A DNA stretch of 64,000 nt from an uncultured cyanobacterium (GTDB lineage Bacteria > Cyanobacteriota > Cyanobacteriia > Cyanobacteriales > Microcystaceae): NCBI GenBank assembly GCA_963807635.1, contig CAWEDJ010000040.1:32001-96000 (forward strand). Reading direction: 5' to 3'. The position numbers and the translations under genes are program-made. The notes beneath the pieces are model-generated. The model was not told the DNA's origin, made no database searches, and saw only the letters and a list, made by a program, of their open reading frames with translations. Every line of letters starts with the position of its first letter. Position 1 is the stretch's first letter. Positions 42,124 through 51,256 of the stretch are shown here, one piece after another.

Positions 42124-43120
42124 TGTCGCTCCTTCTCTTCCTCAAGAAACCATTCTATTAGTCGATGATTCTACTGATAATCTCCGATTGCTTTCTACCA
42201 TGTTGCAAACCCAGGGTTATCGGGTAAAAAAATCTATTAGTGGTGAATTTGCTCTCCAATCCCTGGAAGTAATCGAACCCGATTTAATTTTATTAGACAT
42301 CAATATGCCAGGCATGGATGGTTATCAAGTTTGTAAAACCCTTAAAACCCAAAAAAAATATCAATCTATTCCTGTTATTTTTATCAGTGCGGCGGATCAG
42401 CTATTCAACAAAGTTAAAGCTTTTCAGGTTGGCGCAATCGATTATATTACCAAACCCTTTCAGTTAGAAGAAGTTTTAATTCGGGTAGAAAATCAATTAA
42501 ATCAGAAAAGACTTTATCAAAAATTACAACAACAAAATGCTCTTTTAAAAACAGAAATTGATGAACGATTGCGAATTGAAAAAGCCCTAACGGAAGCGAA
42601 TCAAAAATTAGAATTATTAGCCTCTCTAGATGGGTTAACGGGAATAGCGAATCGTCGTCGCTTTGATGAATATATTGCCGCAGAATGGCAGAGGTGTCTG
42701 CGGGGAAGTTTTTTATTATCTTTGATTCTAATTGATGTGGATTTTTTTCATTTTTATAACGAAGCCTACGGACATTTGATGGGTGATGATTGCCTGAAAA
42801 AAGTAGCTTCTATTCTACAAAATGCTAGTCAACGGGCCACAGATTTGCCTGCTCGCTATGGCGGAGAGGAGTTTGTGATTGTGCTTCCCCACACATCCCA
42901 AATGGGCGCAAGAACGATCGCCGAAGAAATTCAACAAGCGATCGCGGCTCAAAGAATTTCCCATAAAAAATCGCCTGTCTCTAAATATCTGACCACCAGT
43001 ATCGGCGTGGCTACGACTATTCCTGACCATGACGAGGGGATGGCTGATTTTATTAATTTGGCCGACCAAGCCCTTTTTAAAGCGAAAAAATTAGGACGCG
43101 ATCGCATTGAATTTGCCTAA
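42116..43120 (+). CDS. Response regulator diguanylate cyclase (REC-GGDEF)
   Basis: LVDD...LLDINMPG, DGLTGIANRR, RYGGEEF; overlaps the kinase stop. Confidence 0.92.
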   Translation: MNNVAPSLPQETILLVDDSTDNLRLLSTMLQTQGYRVKKSISGEFALQSLEVIEPDLILLDINMPGMDGYQVCKTLKTQKKYQSIPVIFISAADQLFNKVKAFQVGAIDYITKPFQLEEVLIRVENQLNQKRLYQKLQQQNALLKTEIDERLRIEKALTEANQKLELLASLDGLTGIANRRRFDEYIAAEWQRCLRGSFLLSLILIDVDFFHFYNEAYGHLMGDDCLKKVASILQNASQRATDLPARYGGEEFVIVLPHTSQMGARTIAEEIQQAIAAQRISHKKSPVSKYLTTSIGVATTIPDHDEGMADFINLADQALFKAKKLGRDRIEFA

Positions 43121-43211
43121 TTTTGTTATGAAAGTTTATGAATCATTAACCCAGAAAGGCTGAGAGACCCGTTAAAATGGAGCCAAAGAAGCATTTTTGG
43201 GAATCATAATC

Positions 43212-43814
43212 GTGAAAAACCGTGACTATACCTTAATCATTGATAAAAGCGGCAGTATGTCCACTCCCGATCAAAGGGGAGGACGTAGCCGTTGGGATGA
43301 AGCCAAGGAATCCACCATTGCTCTTGCCCGCAAATGTGAACAATTTGACCCCGATGGCATTACGGTCTATGTTTTTTCCAGCCGTTTTCGCCGTTATGAT
43401 AACGTCACCGCCAGTAAAGTTGAACAGATTTTTCAGGAAAATGATCCTGCGGGTTCGACTAATTTAACAATGGTATTGACCGATGCCACTAATCATTATT
43501 TTCAACGAAAAAAGGCAGGACAAGCCAAGGCTGAAGGAGAAACCATTCTCGTGATTACCGATGGAGAGCCTGACGATCGCCGTTCCGTCATTGATATTAT
43601 TATTGAAACCACCCGCCGTCTAGAACGGGATGAAGAACTTGCGATTTCTTTTATTCAAGTGGGTTCCGATAGCGGTGCCACTAAATTTTTAAAAGCCCTG
43701 GATGATCAACTCCAGGATGTGGGGGCTAAATTTGATATTTGCGATACCATCACAATGGATGATATGTCGGAAATGAGTCTGTCCGAAGTTTTGATGAATG
43801 CGATCGCAGATTAG
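43212..43814 (+). CDS. von Willebrand factor A domain protein
   Basis: MIDAS motif DKSGSM, VITDGEP, FIQVG. Confidence 0.9.
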   Translation: MKNRDYTLIIDKSGSMSTPDQRGGRSRWDEAKESTIALARKCEQFDPDGITVYVFSSRFRRYDNVTASKVEQIFQENDPAGSTNLTMVLTDATNHYFQRKKAGQAKAEGETILVITDGEPDDRRSVIDIIIETTRRLERDEELAISFIQVGSDSGATKFLKALDDQLQDVGAKFDICDTITMDDMSEMSLSEVLMNAIAD

Positions 43815-43866
43815 TTTTTTCTATTTAGAAATGTTTAGTGAATTTTAACAGTTTAGAGGTGAAATC

Positions 43867-44433
43867 ATGCTCACTCAAGAACGGGTTTATAGTCCCATTG
43901 AATATTTGGCATTAGAAGAAAATGCCGAAGTCAGAAATGAATTTATTGACGGAGAAATTGTAGCAATGGCAGGAGGAACCACTCAACATAACGAATTAGT
44001 AACCAATCTTTGTTTATGTCTAAAGCCCCAAATGCGGAAACGAGGCGGAAAAGTTTACACAGAAAATGTAAAATTACGCATCCCAGATTTTAATGTTTTC
44101 ACCTATCCCGATGTCATGATTATTGCTGGGGAACCCATTTACGAAGAAAACACTAAAACCACTATCCTTAATCCTACGGTAATTTTTGAAGTGCTATCTC
44201 CAGGAACCAAAGATTACGATCAGGGTCGGAAATTTGAATTTTATCGTTCCGTTACTTCTTTAAAAGATTATATTCTCATCGATCAAGAGCGTTGCTTAGT
44301 CATGGTCTATCAAAAAACCGATACGAATGAATGGAAATTAAGGCTTTTAGATAATATTAATGCTAATTTTATTTTAGATTCGGTGGGCATAGAACTGAAT
44401 TTAGCTGATATTTACGAAGATATTTATTCTTAA
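43867..44433 (+). CDS. Uma2 family endonuclease-like protein
   Basis: EFIDGEIVAMAGG...HN, YPDV, FEVLSPGT..YD.G.KF..YR. Confidence 0.92.
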   Translation: MLTQERVYSPIEYLALEENAEVRNEFIDGEIVAMAGGTTQHNELVTNLCLCLKPQMRKRGGKVYTENVKLRIPDFNVFTYPDVMIIAGEPIYEENTKTTILNPTVIFEVLSPGTKDYDQGRKFEFYRSVTSLKDYILIDQERCLVMVYQKTDTNEWKLRLLDNINANFILDSVGIELNLADIYEDIYS

Positions 44434-44451
44434 TAATTGTAGGTTAATCCT

Positions 44452-44817
44452 ATGGACTCCATTGATAAACTCCTAGCGGCTCTAGAGGCTGTCGATAATC
44501 CGAAAGTAAACCGCGATCGCCTCCAGCCTTCGCCCCCTATTCCTGCCAAATCCAATGATATTGACGCGCTCTTAAATAGAGTTAAAAGAGATTTTGAACA
44601 AAAAGAATTAGTCGAAATTCAAACAGAAAAAGTCAAGTTACAACAACAACAGCAACAGAAAAAAGCAAGTTTAGAAAGAACAGCTAGACAATGGCTCAAA
44701 AATTTAGATCCGCTTTCGGGTGAAGGGCTTTGGTTTACGGATTTTGCCCGAAATTTTTCTTCTCCCCTAGAAGCCGCGATCGCCTATTTAGAACCCCATG
44801 AAAATCATCAAACCTGA
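44452..44817 (+). CDS. Conserved cyanobacterial protein (Slr1339-like)
   Basis: MDSIDKLL...WLKNLDPLSGEGLWF..FA....SPLEAAIAYL. Confidence 0.75.
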   Translation: MDSIDKLLAALEAVDNPKVNRDRLQPSPPIPAKSNDIDALLNRVKRDFEQKELVEIQTEKVKLQQQQQQKKASLERTARQWLKNLDPLSGEGLWFTDFARNFSSPLEAAIAYLEPHENHQT

Positions 44818-44917
44818 AGCTTTTTTAACAAATCTCCCCTATTCTAATGGGACAAGATACGATAGTTAAGAATAGATTTTATCTAAACTGGATAATGAAT
44901 TTTTAAGTGTGATCGAC

Positions 44918-44927
44918 TGTGAGGAGT
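44918..44927 (+). promoter_or_regulatory. Putative Yfr1 sRNA target site over the RBS
   Basis: TGTGAGGAGT is complementary to the Yfr1 core ACUCCUCACA(C); 4 nt before ATG 44932. Confidence 0.55.
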
Positions 44928-44931
44928 GTGT

Positions 44932-45564
44932 ATGAAACTAAAATTGAATTTTGGACGGGTTCTACCGCATCGCTCCCGACGGGGATTCTTTACCTGGGCG
45001 ATCGCGAGTCTATTGAGCGTTAGTAGTATCAGCGCGTTTCTGCCCCAATCGTTGCAAGCTCAGTATGCTCCCACCGCAACCCGACAACAAAATCCTTGGC
45101 AATATGCCTCCTTTCCCGTTGAAAATTTCCAAGCCTATACTTCGGGTTATGGTTATCGTTCTTCTCCCGTCGATGGTTCTAGCCAATTCCATTACGGCTT
45201 AGATTTGGCCGCTCCTGTGGGTAGTTATGTCCGAAGTTGGTGGATGGGTCAAGTGGTGGAATTATCGGATAATACGGCCTGTGGAACCATGATCAAGATT
45301 CAATCAGGGGATTGGCAACACGTTTATTGTCATCTCATGGGAAGGGTGCAAAGCGATCGCAACACCCGTTATCTAGTGGATCGAGAGGGCGGTATTGTCC
45401 TACAACTGGGTCAGGAGATTCCCGCAGGAGCAAGGATCGCTAGAGTCGGAATGACAGGCAGAACCACAGGGCCACACTTACATTGGGGACTCAAATACGC
45501 CAATAATTATCTTGATCCAGCCTTAGTCTTACAAGCTATGTTTACAACACAGGCTAAGTTATAG
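44932..45564 (+). CDS. M23 family peptidoglycan metallopeptidase
   Basis: Signal peptide, HYGLD (HxxxD), YCHL, TGRTTGPHLH. Confidence 0.92.
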   Translation: MKLKLNFGRVLPHRSRRGFFTWAIASLLSVSSISAFLPQSLQAQYAPTATRQQNPWQYASFPVENFQAYTSGYGYRSSPVDGSSQFHYGLDLAAPVGSYVRSWWMGQVVELSDNTACGTMIKIQSGDWQHVYCHLMGRVQSDRNTRYLVDREGGIVLQLGQEIPAGARIARVGMTGRTTGPHLHWGLKYANNYLDPALVLQAMFTTQAKL

Positions 45565-45595
45565 AACCTCTTTAGCTCGAAAATCGCAGTTCTTG

Positions 45596-45680
45596 CCTCC
45601 TAAATCCCCCAATACTGGTGGACTTACCACAATCAGACTAATCTTAACTTTCCCCTCAAAATTGGGGGGCTAGGGGGGCG
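45596..45680. repeat. GC-rich palindromic intergenic repeat
   Basis: CCTCCTAAATCCCCCAATACTGGTGGAC...TCCCCTCAAAATTGGGGGGCTAGGGGGGC between convergent genes. Confidence 0.6.
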
Positions 45681-45697
45681 AAAAATTAAAATATTGC

Positions 45698-46090
45698 TCA
45701 AGAATCCTGAAAAATCTGAATTTTGGGAAAGGGAAAGGGCTGATTTTGACTCAAATTTTCGACAAAAAACTGGACGCGATCGGGTTCAATCTGTTGTAAT
45801 TGCTGTAGCAGTTCGTAGCTCTGACTCACTAAGGCACTGACATCAATATTGGCATAACTCGGCTGAAAATAACTCAACCGACGAACCCCTTCTCCCAAAA
45901 GAGTGACCGTCCCCCGCCAGTTATAATTTCCCAGATGGTAACAAGCAACCGCAATCTGGAGGATTCCTTGATAAAAATTTTTCTCTGTCGCGATCGCATC
46001 CATCCAAATTGCCTCTAGGGTATCGTGACAATCATAAAATTCTTCTTGATTGAACTGCTCGATACCCTGCCAAAATTCAGGAGATTCCAT
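45698..46090 (-). CDS. DUF309 protein
   Basis: FNQEEFYDCHDTLEAIW...YQGILQIAVACYH. Confidence 0.9.
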   Translation of the reverse strand: MESPEFWQGIEQFNQEEFYDCHDTLEAIWMDAIATEKNFYQGILQIAVACYHLGNYNWRGTVTLLGEGVRRLSYFQPSYANIDVSALVSQSYELLQQLQQIEPDRVQFFVENLSQNQPFPFPKIQIFQDS

Positions 46091-46111
46091 AGGTCTAACT
46101 CAAATTTGAAC

Positions 46112-46474
46112 CTATGCCGACATACTCGCCCTGACTTCTTTGAGTAATTCCAAGGAAATTTCCTGCTCTTTTCCCGCAAAATCATTTTCCGCAGGAAGAA
46201 ACAACATACAATGACAGTCATTCCGTTCCCGCATGGGGACACAGGGACAATTCCAAAAGGTATTTTTGACTTCTGCTTCTTTGTCTTCGTAATGACGACA
46301 GGGGCAAAGAGGTGAGCCTAAATCACTTTTATGTTTAGCGAGTCCCTCAATTACCACTGCTGTTACGGAAAGATCGCTACAAAAATAAGTATTTGTCCGT
46401 TTGGCGTACTGCTCGGCAAAGTTTTTCATTGCCACCAGCATTTTGTCATCACTGTTCGTATTTTCTGTTGTCAT
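46112..46474 (-). CDS. ftrC: Ferredoxin-thioredoxin reductase catalytic subunit
   Basis: CPCRHY, WNCPC, CHCMLF. Confidence 0.96.
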   Translation of the reverse strand: MTTENTNSDDKMLVAMKNFAEQYAKRTNTYFCSDLSVTAVVIEGLAKHKSDLGSPLCPCRHYEDKEAEVKNTFWNCPCVPMRERNDCHCMLFLPAENDFAGKEQEISLELLKEVRASMSA

Positions 46475-46534
46475 GGATTTTAGGAGAAATCAATAGGGTC
46501 GTTATTAGAGCGACAGTTTACATTATGCCATTCT

Positions 46535-47446
46535 CTAGCTTGTCTTTTTTGCGAAAAAAGCTAAAAATTTACAAAGAATACCAACGGTTACGGCGGGCAA
46601 TTCCAAGTGGGGAGTTAAGCCTGCACCTTCTATTTCCTGAAATAATTGGATAGCATCAGGATTTAAATCCGCTAAGCGTTTTCCCACTTCAGAGGTGGTA
46701 AATCGAGCTTCTTTTCCCCATAAAATCGCCGTCGGTATGGTGAGTTGAGAAATATATTTAGATAAATCAAAACAGAGATCCCCCCGCACAAAAGACAAAG
46801 CCGCATATTCAGCGTTACTCTGGGTTGCCGATTCTAGATAGGCTTCAGTAATTTCAGGAAACAGCAGATCGGGATTAGCAAATTGACGATTTTCTAAAAA
46901 ATTTTGGATACCTGCACTATTGGCGATTCCCACACTATAAATAAATTTATCTAACACGGGAACGCTGACCATTTGGGCAAAGAAATTTTTACTATAATCT
47001 TCTCCAAAATCCGACAATCCCGTGGGAGTTGATAGAATTAAATTCTGAAAAAGATCGGGACGGGCGATCGCGGCTCGAATGGTAATCGCGGCTACCAAGG
47101 AAGAGGCAATCACAATGGGCGGTTGTTCACAGGTTTTTTCAATAAATTCAATAATCGTATCAATATAATCCTGGGGCTGATAATTCCGTTCAGGATGCTC
47201 AGAACGACCCCAACCGATTAAATCTGGGGCTAAAATGCGATAATCCCAAGCAAAAGCAGGATAAACCTTTGACCATTCGTAAGCCGACGAGCCTCCTCCA
47301 AAACCATGTAAAAAAATAAGAGTCGATTTCTCTTTGCCCCTGGGAACCTTTTCATCCACCCAAGGAGCTTTTGTGGGGGAATAATAAACCATTGTTCCAA
47401 GAGAAGTAACAACGGAGTTTCTTTCTACACCAATTGGTTCAATCAT
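46535..47446 (-). CDS. Alpha/beta fold hydrolase
   Basis: FLHGFGGG, APDLIGWGRS, ASSL, PHLE. Confidence 0.88.
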   Translation of the reverse strand: MIEPIGVERNSVVTSLGTMVYYSPTKAPWVDEKVPRGKEKSTLIFLHGFGGGSSAYEWSKVYPAFAWDYRILAPDLIGWGRSEHPERNYQPQDYIDTIIEFIEKTCEQPPIVIASSLVAAITIRAAIARPDLFQNLILSTPTGLSDFGEDYSKNFFAQMVSVPVLDKFIYSVGIANSAGIQNFLENRQFANPDLLFPEITEAYLESATQSNAEYAALSFVRGDLCFDLSKYISQLTIPTAILWGKEARFTTSEVGKRLADLNPDAIQLFQEIEGAGLTPHLELPAVTVGILCKFLAFFAKKTS

Positions 47447-47589
47447 GGTAATTTGGGATAATTTTGCTCTAAAGATTGAGGTTAAATGGAAAGTCTAGAA
47501 GATTTTTACAGGATTAAAAAAACAATCAAAATTTAAACATTTCAGTCAGAATCAGGTTAAATAAAAGTGTCTAAAAAAATGCGCCGACC

Positions 47590-47937
47590 TCAAAGAAAAC
47601 GGTCTAGAGCCGCTTTTAATTCTTCAATTTCACTTTCAATATTACCTTCCTTCGCTGCCCGTGTGATACATTCGCTCAAATGTTCATCCAAAATCAACCT
47701 CGCCACGCGATCGATCGCACCCCGAACCGCCGCAACTTGAATGAGGACTTCGGGACAAGGGCGACTTTCTGTGACCATTGTTTTAATTCCCCGCACATGG
47801 CCTTCTATGCGAGAGAGTCGATTAATAATTTGACGGAGGGACGCATCGCTGTGGATATGGTCAGTCTGATGTTCTGGGTGGCTATGGGGCGCGGGATGAA
47901 GGGGGGAAATAGAATTTGAGAACGATTGACTTTCCAT
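47590..47937 (-). CDS. inrS: CsoR/RcnR family metal-sensing repressor (InrS-like)
   Basis: His-rich N-terminus, NRLSRIEGH, PCPEVLIQ, EHLSEC. Confidence 0.85.
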   Translation of the reverse strand: MESQSFSNSISPLHPAPHSHPEHQTDHIHSDASLRQIINRLSRIEGHVRGIKTMVTESRPCPEVLIQVAAVRGAIDRVARLILDEHLSECITRAAKEGNIESEIEELKAALDRFL

Positions 47938-48353
47938 TTCTTTCAGGATTGGTGTGACTCTGGGATTACCTGCTTGATTGTAACTTCTTTTTTGCGATCG
48001 CACTTTTTGGGGCTAATTTCCTCCGTTGGGCAGGGAAGCCAACGCTTTAAGGTTGATCATTTAGACAAAAAAGTATGATTAAGCTTTTTCAGCTTCTAAT
48101 CACCGTAATGTTTCTATCAACGAGACTGATGACTAATTCGGTAGAAATTTGATTTTCAGAGATGCAAAAACTCTACTTACTAGGAATATTTACAAATCTA
48201 AATAAATTAGAGGAGCGATCGCCAGAGTGAATACTGTTTCAAAAAGAGGATTTTCATTAATCTTCATAAACCGACGGTGACCTTGGAGAATATGATTGAG
48301 ATAATCTTGGCTGTCAATACAGATCAATCAATTATCATTACAAAATCACAACA

Positions 48354-49796
48354 ATGTCTAACAGTCTTTTAACCGTTGCCTATATCGCGGCTAGTGTGCT
48401 TTTTATCTTTAGTCTCGGCGGTCTTTCTAATCAAGAAACTGCTCGTCAGGGCAATATCTATGGCATCTGTGGAATGCTAATTGCCTTTATTGCGACGGCG
48501 TTAAATTATCAATTTACAGGTTATTTCACCCTACTGGGAGCGATCGCGCCTGCGGTGATGATTGGTGCAGTATTGGCTAGCCGTGTTGCCATGACATCCA
48601 TGCCTGAACTAGTGGCAATTTTGCATAGTTTTGTCGGTTTAGCGGCGGTTTTAGTCGGCATTGCTAATTATCTTGCCCCTGACCCCAATATCGTCGGGGT
48701 AGAAGAAACAATTCACCAAATCGAAATCTATGTCGGGGTGTTTATTGGAGCCGTGACCTTTACGGGATCGATTGTGGCCTTTGGCAAGCTCCGCGCCATC
48801 ATCAGTAGTAAACCCTTGATGTTACCCGCTCGACATTTGTTGAATATTTCTCTCCTAGTTGCGACAGTATTATTAGGCATTCAATTTATGCAGGCTCCTG
48901 ATTTACAAGGACTCCAGCCATTATTAATTATGTCTGCGATCGCGGGTTTATTGGGACTTCATCTCGTTGCGGCGATCGGGGGAGCCGATATGCCAGTGGT
49001 GATCTCCATGCTCAATAGCTATTCAGGCTGGGCGGCGGCGGCGGCAGGATTTATGTTATCCAATGATTTATTAATCGTGGTCGGAGCCTTAGTGGGAAGC
49101 AGTGGGGCAATCCTCAGCTTCATTATGTGTAAAGCCATGAATCGCTCTTTTATTAGCGTTATTTTAGGCGGTTTTGGGGAAGGAAGCAGTAAAATAGCGA
49201 CAAAAGCTGAAACGCCAACGGGAACGGTTACGGCAACCACCGCCGAGGAAGTGGCGGATTTGTTGATGGATGCCCAAAGTGTGATTATTGCTCCTGGTTA
49301 CGGAATCGCCATTGCCCAGGCTCAACACGCGGTTTCTGATATTACCAAATTACTCCGCAGTCGCAAAATCAAAGTTCGTTTTGGGATTCACCCCGTAGCA
49401 GGGCGTTTACCAGGTCACATGAATGTGTTGCTGGCTGAAGCCAATGTTCCTTACGATATTGTTCTAGAAATGGACGAAATTAATGAAGATTTTCCTGAAA
49501 CCGATGTCGTTCTGGTCATTGGAGCCAATGATACCGTTAATCCCAGTGCTTTAGAAGATCCCAGTTGCGCGATCGCAGGAATGCCCGTCCTAGAAGTTTG
49601 GAAAGCCCATAACGTTATTGTCATGAAACGCAGTATGGCTAGTGGTTATGCAGGAGTTGAAAATCCGTTATTTTTTAAAGAAAATACCCAAATGCTCTTT
49701 GGTGATGCGAAGAAAAATGTCGATGCAATCCTCACCCATTTGCGGGAAAAAGAGGGTTCTACTTATTCTGAAAAGATCTTGGTAAAAGCTTCTTAA
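48354..49796 (+). CDS. pntB: NAD(P) transhydrogenase beta subunit
   Basis: [53 protein letters not shown]. Confidence 0.97.
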   Translation: MSNSLLTVAYIAASVLFIFSLGGLSNQETARQGNIYGICGMLIAFIATALNYQFTGYFTLLGAIAPAVMIGAVLASRVAMTSMPELVAILHSFVGLAAVLVGIANYLAPDPNIVGVEETIHQIEIYVGVFIGAVTFTGSIVAFGKLRAIISSKPLMLPARHLLNISLLVATVLLGIQFMQAPDLQGLQPLLIMSAIAGLLGLHLVAAIGGADMPVVISMLNSYSGWAAAAAGFMLSNDLLIVVGALVGSSGAILSFIMCKAMNRSFISVILGGFGEGSSKIATKAETPTGTVTATTAEEVADLLMDAQSVIIAPGYGIAIAQAQHAVSDITKLLRSRKIKVRFGIHPVAGRLPGHMNVLLAEANVPYDIVLEMDEINEDFPETDVVLVIGANDTVNPSALEDPSCAIAGMPVLEVWKAHNVIVMKRSMASGYAGVENPLFFKENTQMLFGDAKKNVDAILTHLREKEGSTYSEKILVKAS

Positions 49797-49920
49797 AAAG
49801 AAAGGTTGAAGCATTTGATGCGATCGCCTTTCATAAATTCTCCTCTTTCAAGTGCGATCGCGGTTTTCCTGCCCAATTACGGACTAGTTGCGACTGCCCA
49901 AAAAAGAGAATCGGCACGAA

Positions 49921-50574
49921 TCAACGTCTTGAACGTCTTGGGAAAAACATCTTCAACTTCTTGATAGTTCGTTTCTGTCTCAAAGTAAGTACTGGAACCG
50001 TTCTATATTCTTTTAGGGCATCATTATCACTCTGTTGTTGTACGTGATTTTCTATTAAGTCTTTATTATTATGAAATTCATTATCAATTAAATTACTCAA
50101 ATCTATTATTTTTTCACTAGAGAGTCCACGCAATTCTTTGATTAAATCTTGTAAATTTAAAACGTCCTTCAATGGATTAAATTCAAAAAGATTTTGTGTG
50201 TCAAATGCTTTATAGTTTTGTTGCTTTGGCCCTAGAAAAAGGAATTTTAAACAAGTAAAATTTTTATAAGATTCATTTTCGATAAATGTAGCTATTGTTT
50301 GTTTTATTTTCCGCCTACTTTGACCTTCACAAGTATAAGTCACCTGAAAGCAAATTTTTTTATTATAATCGCCTAAATCGATTGCGGCACAATTTTTTAT
50401 ATTGTTCAAGTTAACTAGATTGTAATCGTAGATAATATTCAATACTTTAGCCATAAAACTCTCAGCAATAATATTCTGATCAACCAATCCAATAAGACCT
50501 CTATTTCGTGTTGTATATTCTAGAATACCAAGATTATCAGAAATGTTTTTTATTAATTGTTCTTGCTTCAACAT
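49921..50574 (-). pseudogene. SMEK-domain protein, probably 3'-truncated
   Basis: DQNIIAESF...LN.IY...LVNLN....AAIDLGD......QVT. AT-rich; composition changes after ALKEYRT. Confidence 0.65.
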
Positions 50575-50917
50575 ACCGTTTATTTTCTGTAGATGTTTAT
50601 TCTGTGTATTGTCATTGTCCTATTGGAGACATTTTTGAAATAATATACTATTGTGACTTGACTTCAACTCGAATTAATATAAAGAGTGATTACCCCTGAA
50701 TTTTATAAATGGTTTACGTCAAACTAATTGTCTGTGATAAATTGCCCATATAAAAAAGTTATCGCTCTTTGTCATAACCAATTTTAACAAAAATGATCGC
50801 CTCTTAATTCTTCATCAAAAAAGCGATCGCCCTTGACCTTCCCGATTAAAACAAAAAATTTAACGATAGACACCGTTTATAATGAACACAGTTTTCCATT
50901 CAATTTCTTACTGACCT

Positions 50918-51178
50918 ATGGCTCGTCTAGATCCCTATAACCTGCGTATGCAGATCAGTCGAATGTTTGAGCAGGGACAATCTTTGTTTGTTAACTTTAA
51001 AGTAGAGGATTGGCTCCGAGAGCGTGGCGTTGATCCCAATGACTATATTATTACTTTCCATCAAAAAACTGCTCCAAAAGGCTCCAATCTGAAAATGATC
51101 GTAGAAATCGAACTCCGTCGCAAGGATGGCCAGCCCGTTGACCCCGAACTTCAAGCAGATATTAATTATTTTGCTTAA
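50918..51178 (+). CDS. Conserved hypothetical protein
   Basis: 86-aa ORF with plausible composition, co-oriented upstream of the P-type ATPase. Confidence 0.75.
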   Translation: MARLDPYNLRMQISRMFEQGQSLFVNFKVEDWLRERGVDPNDYIITFHQKTAPKGSNLKMIVEIELRRKDGQPVDPELQADINYFA

Positions 51179-51256
51179 GGCTTTGCTTGCGATCTTCCAA
51201 ATTCCCCACAAAATTCCAAAACTTAGAACTTAAATTTTTTCTTTTAATCCTTACCT

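Noticed and set aside
48354..49796. pntB without adjacent pntA
   Set aside because: Split pnt genes are known in unicellular cyanobacteria, so this is not unusual.
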